From the IMG/VR virus record IMGVR_UViG_3300037455_001519: a stretch of 64,000 bases of DNA; one strand, 5' to 3'. Below the pieces are notes generated by a model, which was given only the letters and a program-made list of their open reading frames with translations, was not told where the DNA came from and did not search any database. Numbering within the stretch: the first letter of the stretch is position 1; every line of letters starts with the position of its first letter. Below are positions 20,829 to 31,955 of this stretch, in pieces. The stretch is from an uncultured virus (IMG/VR IMGVR_UViG_3300037455_001519). Taxonomy: Duplodnaviria > Heunggongvirae > Uroviricota > Caudoviricetes. The translations under genes and the position numbers were made by a program.

Positions 20829-23800
20829 TTATCTATTTGACCAGTTAGCCCATCCGCTTGTACATCCAATATCCTTATATCTACTAAATCCCGAACCAGA
20901 AGTAGGTAAGTAGTTCCAAGCTCTATTAAATAAGTCTATAGCATCAGAGTAAGCAAGTCCGTCACACGCCAAATCGTTACCAACTGAACATTTTCCACTT
21001 ATAGGGAAGTTGCCAACTAATTTATTATATTGTGCTTGAGAATTGCTGCTTCCAGCACTACCAAAAGTTACTCTACAAGTATGTTGTGCCCAATTTGAAT
21101 AAACGTTAATATCGCTATTAGGCATAGCTCCACCAACATAACTTCTCCATCCAGTAAAATACCATTGTTCATTTCCTGGAGGGTTTCCTGGATTTGGTAC
21201 TGTATCTCCGGTTTTTACAGTACTAGATGTCCACCATCCGTCTCCTAAACCATAGTAATTAGCTGTATGATTATTACCTTGCCAATTAGCAGTATAGCTT
21301 CTGTTTCCTGTTGAACCTTTACTTACAGTAACACTTGTAGAATTACCAGAGATTCCTGTACCAGACCATCCTAAGAAAGTATATCCAGTTCTTGTTGGAT
21401 TTTTAAGAGTAAATGTATTAGTTTTCTTATTATATGTAGTTGGGTTACCAGATACAGAACCGCTATTTAATGTATATGATATATTAAATGTTGTTAAGGT
21501 AATAGTAAATTTTCTTTTTAAAGTTTGACTATTACCAGCGGCATCTGTGACAGTATATGTTACATAATAAGTACCACTATCTCCCCACGTAGGTGCTGTA
21601 TCATATTTCTTAGTAATTTTATCAGTTGCTGTATAATTATCTTTAATAGTTAATCCAGAATAGATATCATAAGTTGTTACAGTGTCAGCTATTGTAACGT
21701 CATTACCTGTTATAGTAGGTTTGGTTTTATCTAATTTATAAGGTCCGTAACACTGTTTGGTAGTTTCATTTGTACCATAAAGTATCTTAAAGCATATTTT
21801 ATTTCCAACATTTGTTTCGTCTGTCATATAAATTTTAGCAGAATCTTTAAAATCCGTTTTAACAATAGTTTTATTATCTGCAGAAGTATGTTCTACAGAT
21901 AATCTATCTTGAATAGTATTGACATTAGGTTCGCAATTTGAAGAATCTATACAATATGCTAACCCTGTTATTTGATTTTGAACAATAGTTGACGCTTTTA
22001 CATCAAATTCAATATTTTTATTTGCCCATCCAGCAGAATTAAGCTGAGAATTATCAACTGTAACACTTAATGATGGTACAATAACATTCATTGATAAAGA
22101 ATGAGTATCTGATTCTACTGTATAATGACCATTTTCTACGATTGAATAAAATGAGTATTCTCCACCACTTAAGTTAGTAAACCTACATTCTAAATATTTA
22201 TTATCTTTATCAACAGTAGCTTCTCCTTCATTTCGGAAGTCTCCTAAACTAATATAACATTTATAAATATGATTAGGATTTTCAATATCATATTTAGCAT
22301 ATATATTATTATTATCGTATAAATAACTTGCAGTGTAAATTGGTTTAGAAGGTTTTATATAATCAGTCTTAATTATATTAATGTCTGAATCTACATATTC
22401 GGTACCATTTCTAATTGTCATCCTTGTGTAATATGTAGTATTTTCTGCTAGATTATTATATTCACATCTTTTTTCACCATCTAAACTTTCAATTAAAGTT
22501 CCAGCAAAATCTAAATTATCTATATCAGTTCCATAAGAACATATATATCTAACATCAGATAAATTATTATCATTATCTTCATATATATCAATAATTGATT
22601 TTTCTGTTATTGTACTAGATGTTTTAATTGGTTTAACAGGTTTTTGATATTTTGTTTTAATTGTATAAATGTCACTATCACTTGATTTAGTGTCGTTAAA
22701 TACAATAGTTTTTAAATAATAATTATGTCCTTCTTCTAGATTAGTTGCTTTACAAGTAACTCCATCTGAGAATGTCTCTTTATCAATTTCAGTAACAATA
22801 TCAGTTGAATCATTACCTATATAACATTTAATATCTGTATAATTTTTTAAACCAGAAAAATGTGCTTCAATAGAATTTAAAGTAGTTTCATAATTATCTA
22901 ACACTACAGGTTCTGGTTGTTCATAATTTGTAATAATTTCTATAACATCACTTGATACTTTTTTATCATTATTTATAACATCTAATCTTATGTAATAATT
23001 TTTATTTTGAGTCAAATTATCTATATGACATTGAATTTTATTGTCACTTGCTATACTATTAACAAGATTGTCTTGAATATCTTTAGTTTCGCCGACATAA
23101 CACATATACGATGTAAAAATAGTATCTGTATTAAATTCTATATCTATAGTAGTATCTGTCATTTCATAAGTAGATAATGTTGGTTTTATTGGAGTATGAT
23201 TATCTGTTTTAAATGTCTTAACATCACTTTCAGACGATTTATCTCCATTATAAGCAATTACCTTATATGAATATTCAGTATTCTGAGTTAAATCATTAAA
23301 TACACAATATTGTTGTTGTCCAAGAGGAGTAATGACATTTCCTTTAATATAATCATTATTATCCAAACTATAGAAACATTCGTATTTTTGAGCATTATTT
23401 GAATCTTCCCAAGTAATAGTAACTGAATTTTCCTTTGTTAAACTAACAGTAGGAATAACTTTATCTGGAACTTCAAGATATTCTTCAACAGGTTCTTTAT
23501 TTTCAACATTATCAAGTATTTTAATTAAAGTTATTCTGGCATATCCATTTCCCTTTTTACCTATACTACTTTCTTTAGTAATAGGGTCTATAATCTGTGT
23601 AGAGCCACTTTCTATTTTTGGAGAAGTAAACTCGTAGCCAGAATAATGTATGTTGCCTGAAAAAACTAAATTATGTTCTGTGGCTGTATTGTGAAGGCTT
23701 ATGTTATCTTTATATCCAGAAACATAAGAACTACCTCCGGCTCCTGCGCCTTTAATACCAGTGCCTCCTCCACCAAAATATCCACTACCACCAGCATTTA

Positions 23801-25121
23801 CTGAGAAACCAAAGCCAGGTTTATTATTATTAGCTAAATATTCTGTTAATTGAGATGATTTAAAACCGTTTTTAATAGAAGAATTTATTCCAGGAACTTT
23901 TTGTTTTCCACCAATAGCGTTAATTATGCCAGTAAAATTACCAAAAGCATTTTGACCATTAGTTATACCACCGTTTCCACCATTAGCAGTAATACCAGTT
24001 CCACCTGCTCCTGCAACCATAATTCTAGTTTTTAATGAATTAAAAGAATTCCATTTTGTACCGTAATTTAAACGAACATCGGTGGCACCACCACCGGCAT
24101 ATTTATAATCTGTTTTTATTGTTCCATTAAAAGATTCTCCCTTATCATTTCCCTGTTCTCCAACACAAATATAAAGAAGTTGATTTTCAGGAAGATTTAT
24201 ATTACCTGATGTATATGCACCATTTCCACCTTGAAAAGAATTAAACGAACCACCAGATGCTCCCCACAATTCTATTTGATATTCTCCAGTATAAGGAGCA
24301 TACCATTCTTCACAATTTCCTGAATAATCGAAATCAACAATATATCTATCTATATCTAAAGTTTTATTGTTAATAGCTATTGTATTCTGATTTATTTCAT
24401 TTGAAGTTAATTCATTATTCCAAATAGCATAAGAAGATAATTTCATATTAATTTTGTCGCCAACAATTATTTTATTTGATATATTAATCATTCCTAAATT
24501 AGCAGATATAGAGTTATCTAATTGTCCGTTGACATACAATTTTAACAAGTCGTTATTATATACAACAGTAATAGAATGCCAAGTATCTGTAGTTAATAAT
24601 TGATTAGATTCTAATTCAATGTTATTTAAAATAACTTTAAGCACACCATTATTGTTTAAATATACTTTAAAATTAGCATTATTAATTAACATTGCTTGAG
24701 TATCTGGAAGTTGTAATAAATTAATATTTAATAATAAAGAAAATTTGTCATTATTAATATTTATTGCTGTTTCTAAATTATCATTAATACCATCAAATAA
24801 TAAAGAAGTTTCATTCCATCCAGAATTGTCATCAAAATCAAAATTATGCAACGAAGCATCATTTGTTTTATTTTGAGCATACCATATATCTTTATTTTCC
24901 GATTCATTATTTATATGTTGACCTAAAGAGCTATTACTAGAAGCGTCTAAACAAGTAACTAGGCCTTCTTTATAAAATGAATTACATAAAGTTTCTGAAT
25001 TGGCATTATTATATAAATTATTACTAGGTTTTCCAACGTTATTGTAAACCATAAAACCGATAGCAGTAAAAACAATTACTATTGCAGAAATCCAGAATAG
25101 TTTATTAGTATTTTGACTCAT
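20829..25121 (-). CDS. Giant surface protein/adhesin: N-terminal TM, LamG-like, Gly-rich (ALK/LTK-like), FN3-like repeats, Ig-like, Listeria-Bacteroides-type repeats
   Basis: WHSITVVY...LYVNGQLD (LamG); IELWGASGG/GGGATDVRL (Gly-rich); LxxNTxY FN3; NPTRTGYTFLGW repeat. Confidence 0.85.
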   Translation of the reverse strand: MSQNTNKLFWISAIVIVFTAIGFMVYNNVGKPSNNLYNNANSETLCNSFYKEGLVTCLDASSNSSLGQHINNESENKDIWYAQNKTNDASLHNFDFDDNSGWNETSLLFDGINDNLETAININNDKFSLLLNINLLQLPDTQAMLINNANFKVYLNNNGVLKVILNNIELESNQLLTTDTWHSITVVYNNDLLKLYVNGQLDNSISANLGMINISNKIIVGDKINMKLSSYAIWNNELTSNEINQNTIAINNKTLDIDRYIVDFDYSGNCEEWYAPYTGEYQIELWGASGGSFNSFQGGNGAYTSGNINLPENQLLYICVGEQGNDKGESFNGTIKTDYKYAGGGATDVRLNYGTKWNSFNSLKTRIMVAGAGGTGITANGGNGGITNGQNAFGNFTGIINAIGGKQKVPGINSSIKNGFKSSQLTEYLANNNKPGFGFSVNAGGSGYFGGGGTGIKGAGAGGSSYVSGYKDNISLHNTATEHNLVFSGNIHYSGYEFTSPKIESGSTQIIDPITKESSIGKKGNGYARITLIKILDNVENKEPVEEYLEVPDKVIPTVSLTKENSVTITWEDSNNAQKYECFYSLDNNDYIKGNVITPLGQQQYCVFNDLTQNTEYSYKVIAYNGDKSSESDVKTFKTDNHTPIKPTLSTYEMTDTTIDIEFNTDTIFTSYMCYVGETKDIQDNLVNSIASDNKIQCHIDNLTQNKNYYIRLDVINNDKKVSSDVIEIITNYEQPEPVVLDNYETTLNSIEAHFSGLKNYTDIKCYIGNDSTDIVTEIDKETFSDGVTCKATNLEEGHNYYLKTIVFNDTKSSDSDIYTIKTKYQKPVKPIKTSSTITEKSIIDIYEDNDNNLSDVRYICSYGTDIDNLDFAGTLIESLDGEKRCEYNNLAENTTYYTRMTIRNGTEYVDSDINIIKTDYIKPSKPIYTASYLYDNNNIYAKYDIENPNHIYKCYISLGDFRNEGEATVDKDNKYLECRFTNLSGGEYSFYSIVENGHYTVESDTHSLSMNVIVPSLSVTVDNSQLNSAGWANKNIEFDVKASTIVQNQITGLAYCIDSSNCEPNVNTIQDRLSVEHTSADNKTIVKTDFKDSAKIYMTDETNVGNKICFKILYGTNETTKQCYGPYKLDKTKPTITGNDVTIADTVTTYDIYSGLTIKDNYTATDKITKKYDTAPTWGDSGTYYVTYTVTDAAGNSQTLKRKFTITLTTFNISYTLNSGSVSGNPTTYNKKTNTFTLKNPTRTGYTFLGWSGTGISGNSTSVTVSKGSTGNRSYTANWQGNNHTANYYGLGDGWWTSSTVKTGDTVPNPGNPPGNEQWYFTGWRSYVGGAMPNSDINVYSNWAQHTCRVTFGSAGSSNSQAQYNKLVGNFPISGKCSVGNDLACDGLAYSDAIDLFNRAWNYLPTSGSGFSRYKDIGCTSGWANWSNR
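21715..21752. repeat. 38-bp perfect direct repeat, copy 1
   Basis: gtaggtttggttttatctaatttataaggtccgtaaca, identical to 26377-26414. Confidence 0.85.
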
Positions 25122-25232
25122 AAAATTACCTCCCTCAAAAGTTTTATATACATATTTATTATATGAAATATAATGCTTATCGATAATAAAAAAAAGGCCA
25201 AATTTAGCCTTTTTTAACGTTATTATGTATTA

Positions 25233-28200
25233 TTACCAGGTTACTGTAATATTTGCTTTACCAGAACTTAAACCTTGTTCATTGTAACCCAATAATAAGC
25301 CGTGGTTATTTTTAGCATAAACCCAAACTCTATATACGTGCCATTTAGATACAGTATTTACACCATTTAATGTCATTTGATATGCGTTTGGAACAGATAC
25401 TTCCCAAGTACCGGCAGATGAGTGATTTGTACCAACGCCATATTCTCCGTTTGGAGCACCACTCCACCATTCGCCATCTCTAGTAACTTCGATGTAAACT
25501 CCACCTGCATCATATGCATTATATCTATGCCAAGTACCAGTTACCCATTTATCTCCGGTTGTACCTTTGTTAATGCAAGATGTTCCAGACCAACCATCGA
25601 ATACATAACCTTGTCTAGAAGGAGTTCCTAAACAGAAATTATTTGATTCAATATTGAATGTAACACTTCCTTGAGAATAACCTTCTGATACGTGTAATGT
25701 GTAATTTATAACGCTCCAATTAGCTGTATAGCTTCTATTACCAGTAGAGCCTTTAGAAACTTTAACAGATGTAGATTTACCACTAATTCCAGTTCCAGAC
25801 CAACCAGTAAATGTATATCCATTTCTTGTTGGATTAGTTAACGTAAAGTCTGCTGTTTCAATATTATATGATGTTTTATTTGAAGCAGAACCTCCGTTCA
25901 TTGTGTAACTAATTGTATAATTTGTTGGTGTCCAGTTAGCTTTATATGAACGAGCTCCTTTAGAACCTTTTGATATAGTAACTGTTTTATTTGTATCTCC
26001 AGTTAAACCTGTACCAGACCAACCTTTAAAATCATAACCTGTTCTTGTTGGGTTGTTTAATGTAAAGGTATTAGTCTTTTTATTATATGTTGCTGGATTA
26101 GTCTTTCCACTTGGTAATGCGCCACTATTATAATTATATGTTATATTAAAATCAGTTAAAGTGATTATAAACTTTCTTGTAAATGTAGTTGCATTACCTG
26201 CTAAATCTGTAACAGTGTAATTAACTGTGTAAGTACCATCTGTTCCCCAAGTTGGAGCCTTATCGTATGTTTTAGTTAATTTATCGTTAGCAGTTAAATT
26301 ATCTGTAATAGTCATACCAGAATAAATATCATAAGTATCTACGTCGTCTCCAATAGTTTTATCACTACCTGTTACGGTAGGTTTGGTTTTATCTAATTTA
26401 TAAGGTCCGTAACATTGTGTAGTAGTAGCTTTATTTCCATACAATACTTGGAAACACATTTTAGAACTACTACTTTCATTAGTCATATATACATCGGTTT
26501 CATTTTCAAAATCAGATAATATCGTAGTTTTAGAATCCGTAGAAGTATATGTAACTCCAGACACATCTATTTCTGTAGAGAATTGAGGATTACAGTCTGA
26601 GCTATCTATACAATACGCTAAACCAGTTATTTGTCCTATAACAATAGTATTTGCTTTAACGTGAGCTTTAATATTTGATTTTGCCCAGCCATTACTATTG
26701 AATTGTGAATTATCAACAGTAACTGCTAATGTAGGAACAATGTCATCCATTACTATAGAATGGGTATCAGATTGTGTTTTATATGGACCATTTTCTGCTG
26801 TTGAATAGAATGTATATTCTCCTCCTGATAGATTATTAAATCTACATTCAATATTCTTTTCTTCTGCGTTTACAGTCGTTTCTCCTTGAACAGGATTTCC
26901 TTTATCAATAATATAACACTTGTAAGTATAATTAGGATTATCAATATTATATTTAGCATAAATATAGTTTGTGTCATATAAATATCCAGTTATATATTCA
27001 GGTTTAAGCGGTTCGGCAAAATCTGTTTTAATAACATTAATTTCTGAATCTACCGCTTCAGTACCATTTCTAACAGTCATTCTTGTATAGTAAGTGGTGT
27101 TTTCAGTTAAACCACTATATTCACATTGTTTTTCTCCAGTTAAGCTTTCAGTTACAACACCAGAGAAATTAATATCATCAATTGATGTACCATAAGTACA
27201 AATATATCTAGGGTCTGAAAGCTCACTATTAGTATCATTATAAGTATCTTTAATTGAATTCTTTGTACTAACACTATTTGTTAAAGTAGGTTTTTCAGGA
27301 GCTTGATATTTTGTCTTTATAGTAACAATATCACTTTCTGTAGACTTAGTATCATTAAATACTATAGTCTTTAAATAATAAGTTGTTCCTTCTTTTAATC
27401 CGTCAGCCTTACAAACAACGCTGTCAGAATAAATTTCTTTATTTATTTCATTAGTTACATCTGTTGATTGAGTACCTATATAACATTTAACATCTGTATA
27501 ATTTGTTAATGTTTTAAATGTAGCATCAATAGTATTTAATCCTGTTTCATTTTCTCCAGCACCAGAAGCTAGTGCTTCAGGAGTTTCATATTCAGTAACT
27601 AATTCAACAATATCACTTGAAGTTTTTTTGTCCCCATTAATTGTTTCTAATCTATAATAATAAGATTTGTTTTGAGTTAAATTATTTGATGTACAAGTAA
27701 CTATATCATTATTTATTGAAGTATTTATAACATCTTCTTGACTGTCAATTGTTTCACCACTATAACAAATATAATTAGTTGCAATAGGGTCTACTTTAAA
27801 TTCCATTACAATTTCAGTATCAGAAACATTGTTTGACATTATAATTGCTTTAGTTGGAGTGTGATATTGAGTTTTTAATGTCATAATATCACTTTCTGAA
27901 GTTTTATTACCATTTTTAGCAATTACTTTATAATAATGAGTTTTATTTTGTTCAAGTTCATTAAATATACATACTTGTTTTTGTCCAAGAACTGTTGTAA
28001 CAGTTCCTTTTTTATAATTAGTACCATCAGCACTTATATAACATTCATAACTTTGTACATTATCAATATCATCCCAAGTTATTTCAGCAAAATTTTCATC
28101 AATATATTTAACACTTGGATTTACCTTAGCAGGTACTTCAAAATCTTTTGAATTAGGTGTTTTATTTGGTACGCTATCTAAAGTTTTAATTAATGTAATT

Positions 28201-29789
28201 TTAGCATAACCGTTACCTTCTTTTCCATAAGTTTTAGAGCCTGTTGTTGGTTCTAAAATTTCAGTAGTTCCGCTTTCCATCTTTGGAGATGTAAATTCAT
28301 ATCCAGAATAATGTGCATCAGAAGTAAATACTAATTCATCTTCTGTTGATATAGCGTGTAATCCTATACTATCTTCGTGTCCTGAAATATATGATGAACC
28401 ACCAGCACCAGAACCGATACTACCAAATCCACCACCACCGAAGTATCCGTTTCCGCCTCCATTGTAAGCATATCCGAAACCTGATGTTTTATTATTATTA
28501 ACTAAATAATCTCTAAGTTCATTTTTATTAAAGCCAGCTTTGATTGAATTGTTATTTCCGGCATTTTTTTGTTTGCCTCCAGTTGCGTTTAAAATACCAA
28601 CGTAATTTCCTTTGGCGTTTTGGCCGCTTTCCATACCTCCAGCACCACCTTGTGCAGAAACAGCAGTTCCTCCACCAGCTGCTACCATAATACGAGATTT
28701 AAGCGAATCAAAATTAGCCCAATTATTATTATATTCAAGTCTTACGTCGGTAGCTCCACCACCAGCATATTGAGAGCCGCCTTGTAAAGTTCCGTTAAAA
28801 GATTTTCCAGAATTGTTACCTTGTTCACCAACGCAAATATATAAAGGTTGTCCTTCTTGTAATTCTATATTACCTGAAGTGAATGCTCCGGTACCACCTT
28901 TATTAGAATTATATGAGCCTCCTTGAGCACCCCATAGTTCTATTTGATATTCACCTTCATAAGGAACGTACCATTTAACGCAATCTCCGGTATAACCAAA
29001 AGTAACAACATATTTATCTATATCTAATATTTTATTATTTAATGCAATTGTATTTTGGTTTACTTCATTAGTATCTAATGCTTTATCCCATAATGCAAAA
29101 GACGAAACATACATATTAGCATTACCAATAGTTAAATTTTGAGAAATATTAATATTTCCTAAATGAGCAGGTATTTTTGAATCTAATTGCCCATTAATAT
29201 ATAGTTTTAATAAATCATTATCGTAAGAAACCATAATAGAATACCAAGAATCTTCTTCTAAAATAGTTTGAGATTCAATTTCTTTTGTTCCGTTACTAGC
29301 ATTTATATAAACTTTTACTTTTCCGTTAGGTTCTATATAAATTTTTATTCCATTATTACTTATAATTTCTTTTTGTGAATTAGGTAATGTAGGTAATTTT
29401 AAATTAATTAATAATGAAGCTTTGTCTTCAAAAGTTTTATTCACTTTTAAAGAAACGCTATCATCAATACCGTCAAATAATAAAGCAGTTGTATCCCAAC
29501 CAGATTGTTCATTATAATTAAAACCGTTTAATTTTCCTTCTAAATTAAATACTTGGTCAATCCATTTAGGATTATTTCCTGAATATTGTCCTTCAGAAGT
29601 ATTACTACTTGCATCTAAACAAGTAATTAAACCTTCTTTATAAAAAGAATTACATAGTGTTTCAGCATTTGCGTTGTTATATAAATTGTTGCTAGGGTGA
29701 CCGACATTGTTATAAACCATAAATCCTATAGCAACAAACACTATAACTATTGCTGAAATCCAAAATAATTTATTCGTGTTTTGACTCAT
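25233..29789 (-). CDS. Giant surface protein/adhesin, tandem paralog of 20829-25121
   Basis: Same N-terminus MSQNTNKLFWISAIVIVF and same domain order; more xxRxGYxFxGW repeats; different C-terminal tip. Confidence 0.85.
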   Translation of the reverse strand: MSQNTNKLFWISAIVIVFVAIGFMVYNNVGHPSNNLYNNANAETLCNSFYKEGLITCLDASSNTSEGQYSGNNPKWIDQVFNLEGKLNGFNYNEQSGWDTTALLFDGIDDSVSLKVNKTFEDKASLLINLKLPTLPNSQKEIISNNGIKIYIEPNGKVKVYINASNGTKEIESQTILEEDSWYSIMVSYDNDLLKLYINGQLDSKIPAHLGNINISQNLTIGNANMYVSSFALWDKALDTNEVNQNTIALNNKILDIDKYVVTFGYTGDCVKWYVPYEGEYQIELWGAQGGSYNSNKGGTGAFTSGNIELQEGQPLYICVGEQGNNSGKSFNGTLQGGSQYAGGGATDVRLEYNNNWANFDSLKSRIMVAAGGGTAVSAQGGAGGMESGQNAKGNYVGILNATGGKQKNAGNNNSIKAGFNKNELRDYLVNNNKTSGFGYAYNGGGNGYFGGGGFGSIGSGAGGSSYISGHEDSIGLHAISTEDELVFTSDAHYSGYEFTSPKMESGTTEILEPTTGSKTYGKEGNGYAKITLIKTLDSVPNKTPNSKDFEVPAKVNPSVKYIDENFAEITWDDIDNVQSYECYISADGTNYKKGTVTTVLGQKQVCIFNELEQNKTHYYKVIAKNGNKTSESDIMTLKTQYHTPTKAIIMSNNVSDTEIVMEFKVDPIATNYICYSGETIDSQEDVINTSINNDIVTCTSNNLTQNKSYYYRLETINGDKKTSSDIVELVTEYETPEALASGAGENETGLNTIDATFKTLTNYTDVKCYIGTQSTDVTNEINKEIYSDSVVCKADGLKEGTTYYLKTIVFNDTKSTESDIVTIKTKYQAPEKPTLTNSVSTKNSIKDTYNDTNSELSDPRYICTYGTSIDDINFSGVVTESLTGEKQCEYSGLTENTTYYTRMTVRNGTEAVDSEINVIKTDFAEPLKPEYITGYLYDTNYIYAKYNIDNPNYTYKCYIIDKGNPVQGETTVNAEEKNIECRFNNLSGGEYTFYSTAENGPYKTQSDTHSIVMDDIVPTLAVTVDNSQFNSNGWAKSNIKAHVKANTIVIGQITGLAYCIDSSDCNPQFSTEIDVSGVTYTSTDSKTTILSDFENETDVYMTNESSSSKMCFQVLYGNKATTTQCYGPYKLDKTKPTVTGSDKTIGDDVDTYDIYSGMTITDNLTANDKLTKTYDKAPTWGTDGTYTVNYTVTDLAGNATTFTRKFIITLTDFNITYNYNSGALPSGKTNPATYNKKTNTFTLNNPTRTGYDFKGWSGTGLTGDTNKTVTISKGSKGARSYKANWTPTNYTISYTMNGGSASNKTSYNIETADFTLTNPTRNGYTFTGWSGTGISGKSTSVKVSKGSTGNRSYTANWSVINYTLHVSEGYSQGSVTFNIESNNFCLGTPSRQGYVFDGWSGTSCINKGTTGDKWVTGTWHRYNAYDAGGVYIEVTRDGEWWSGAPNGEYGVGTNHSSAGTWEVSVPNAYQMTLNGVNTVSKWHVYRVWVYAKNNHGLLLGYNEQGLSSGKANITVTW
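26377..26414. repeat. 38-bp perfect direct repeat, copy 2
   Basis: Identical to 21715-21752. Confidence 0.85.
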
Positions 29790-29914
29790 TTTTATCACAT
29801 CCTCTTTAATAGTTTTAGGAAAATCAATCTTTTACTTATTTTATAAAAAAAATGAGTTATTTATTATAAAAAAGTAGGTATAAAAAAAGAGAAAACAAAT
29901 ATTGTTCTCTTTTT

Positions 29915-31813
29915 TTAATAGTCTATATCTATATTAGAATCTGTAGCTAAATTCATTATATTTTCTTTTCTTAGTTCTACTTTTGTTCCCATATAAATTT
30001 TAGTCATATTTTCAGCGGCTTTTGCGTCTTCTAATGTAATAGGAACTATTTTTCGAGTATCAGGATTCATAGTTGTTTCCCATAATTGTTCAGCCTTCAT
30101 TTCTCCTAAACCCTTAAATCTTTGGATAGATTTTATTTTGCTTTTTAATTTTGTTTTATATTTTTGTAATTCAGCGTCACTATATACATATATAAAATCA
30201 TCTTTAGTACTAATTTTATATAAAGGAGGAATAGCTTTATAAACGTGTCCATTATTAATTAAATCTGGCATCAAACGATAAAACAACGTTAATAATAGTG
30301 AACGAATATGAAAACCATCAATATCAGCATCAGTAGCAATAATGATTTTATCATATTTAATCTTAGAATCGTCATAATCTTCGCCATAACCAGTACCCAA
30401 AGTTAAAATAATACTTGTAATTTCTTGATTTGCAAAAATTTTATCTTCGGTTGCTTTTTCAACATTCAAAACTTTTCCTCTTAAAGGAAGAATGGCTTGA
30501 TATTTACGGTCTCTACCCATTTTAGCTGTACCACCAGCTGAATCACCTTCTACTATAAACAATTCATTATCTTGAGCTTTTTTGGATAAACAACTTGCTA
30601 ATTTACCGTTATTTTGAAGTTCTCTTTCTTTTGAAAAAACTTTATTTTTTAAGTTATCAATATTTTTTCTCAAAGAAGCACTTTTTAATGCATTTTTAAT
30701 AATAATCTCAACTTGGTCAATATTCTTATCAAAATAAATTGGACCATAGTTTACCATAATATTATCTAAAGCATTTTTAGCATCTAAATTACCCAATTTA
30801 GTCTTAGTTTGGCCTTCAAATTGAGGATTCGTATGTTTGATAGAAACAATAGAAACTAAACCTTGTCTAATGTCTTTACCATCTAAATTTTTTCCTTTAT
30901 TTAATTCTTGAATATAATTATTAATTAATTTAGTTAAACCACTTCTCATTCCTGTAACGTGTGTTCCTCCTTCAATAGTAGAGATATTGTTACAGTAACT
31001 AAAGGATTTTTCGGTATAATCAGTAATGTATTGTAAGGCAATTTCGGCCTTTATTCCGCCGTATTCTCCTTCAATATAAATAGGTTTTGTTAAACAATCT
31101 TCATCTTTATTTATTTCTTTTATATATCCAAAAATACCTTCGTCTTCTTTATATATAATATTTTCATCATTCTTAGTATTAATAAATACTATTTCTAAGC
31201 CTTTATTTAAAAATGCACTTTCTTGAAGTTTCTTTTTAATATTTTCCGGATTAAAAGAAATGTCTGAAAAAATTTCTTTGTCTGGTAAAAAAGTTATTTT
31301 AGTTCCTGTTTCTTGAGAATTTATTTTTTTACTAGGAAGCATTCCGTTTTTTAATGCAACAACAGGAATTCCTTGTTTGTATTCATCAGTATATAATTTT
31401 TCATTTCTTTTAACTTCTAGTTTGAAATATGAAGATAAAAAATTAACACAACTCATACCTTGTCCGTGAAGGCCTCCAGATACATCATAATTTTTATGTG
31501 AAAATTTGCCGCCAGCGTTCAATTTTGAAGCGACTAATCTAGCAGCACTTATTTTAGACTGTTTATGTAAATCAACAGGTATTCCTCTTCCGTTATCTTC
31601 AATACTAATAGAGCCGTCTTTATTTAAAGTAACTATAATTTTAGCACAATAACCGGCCAAGAATTCGTCTACACTATTAGCAAAAATTTCATAAAATAAG
31701 TGAAAAACGCCTCTCGAATCAGTAGAGCCAATATATAAAGCTGGTCTAGCTCTACAATGACTTCTATCATCTAATACTTCTATATTATCGGCAGTATATT
31801 TTTTTTCTTTCAT
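29915..31813 (-). CDS. gyrB: Type IIA topoisomerase subunit B (GyrB/ParE)
   Basis: EIFANSVDE, DNGRGIP, SGGLHGQG, VEGDSAGG, PLRGK, TDADIDG, RFKGLGEM; gyrB versus parE not resolvable. Confidence 0.9.
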   Translation of the reverse strand: MKEKKYTADNIEVLDDRSHCRARPALYIGSTDSRGVFHLFYEIFANSVDEFLAGYCAKIIVTLNKDGSISIEDNGRGIPVDLHKQSKISAARLVASKLNAGGKFSHKNYDVSGGLHGQGMSCVNFLSSYFKLEVKRNEKLYTDEYKQGIPVVALKNGMLPSKKINSQETGTKITFLPDKEIFSDISFNPENIKKKLQESAFLNKGLEIVFINTKNDENIIYKEDEGIFGYIKEINKDEDCLTKPIYIEGEYGGIKAEIALQYITDYTEKSFSYCNNISTIEGGTHVTGMRSGLTKLINNYIQELNKGKNLDGKDIRQGLVSIVSIKHTNPQFEGQTKTKLGNLDAKNALDNIMVNYGPIYFDKNIDQVEIIIKNALKSASLRKNIDNLKNKVFSKERELQNNGKLASCLSKKAQDNELFIVEGDSAGGTAKMGRDRKYQAILPLRGKVLNVEKATEDKIFANQEITSIILTLGTGYGEDYDDSKIKYDKIIIATDADIDGFHIRSLLLTLFYRLMPDLINNGHVYKAIPPLYKISTKDDFIYVYSDAELQKYKTKLKSKIKSIQRFKGLGEMKAEQLWETTMNPDTRKIVPITLEDAKAAENMTKIYMGTKVELRKENIMNLATDSNIDIDY

Positions 31814-31955
31814 TATAACACCGTCCTTATTAATATTTTTATATAATACAATTATACTTTATATTTCCATAATGACTTTTATTATTAAAAATAGAAATAA
31901 AAAAACTATTTATTCCCAGATAAATAGTTTAGTGTGAGAGATTAATGTGAGAGAT

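Noticed and set aside
20829..29789. Diversity-generating retroelement or shufflon acting on adhesin tips
   Set aside because: No reverse transcriptase, recombinase, adenine-specific TR/VR pair or inverted cassettes found in the window
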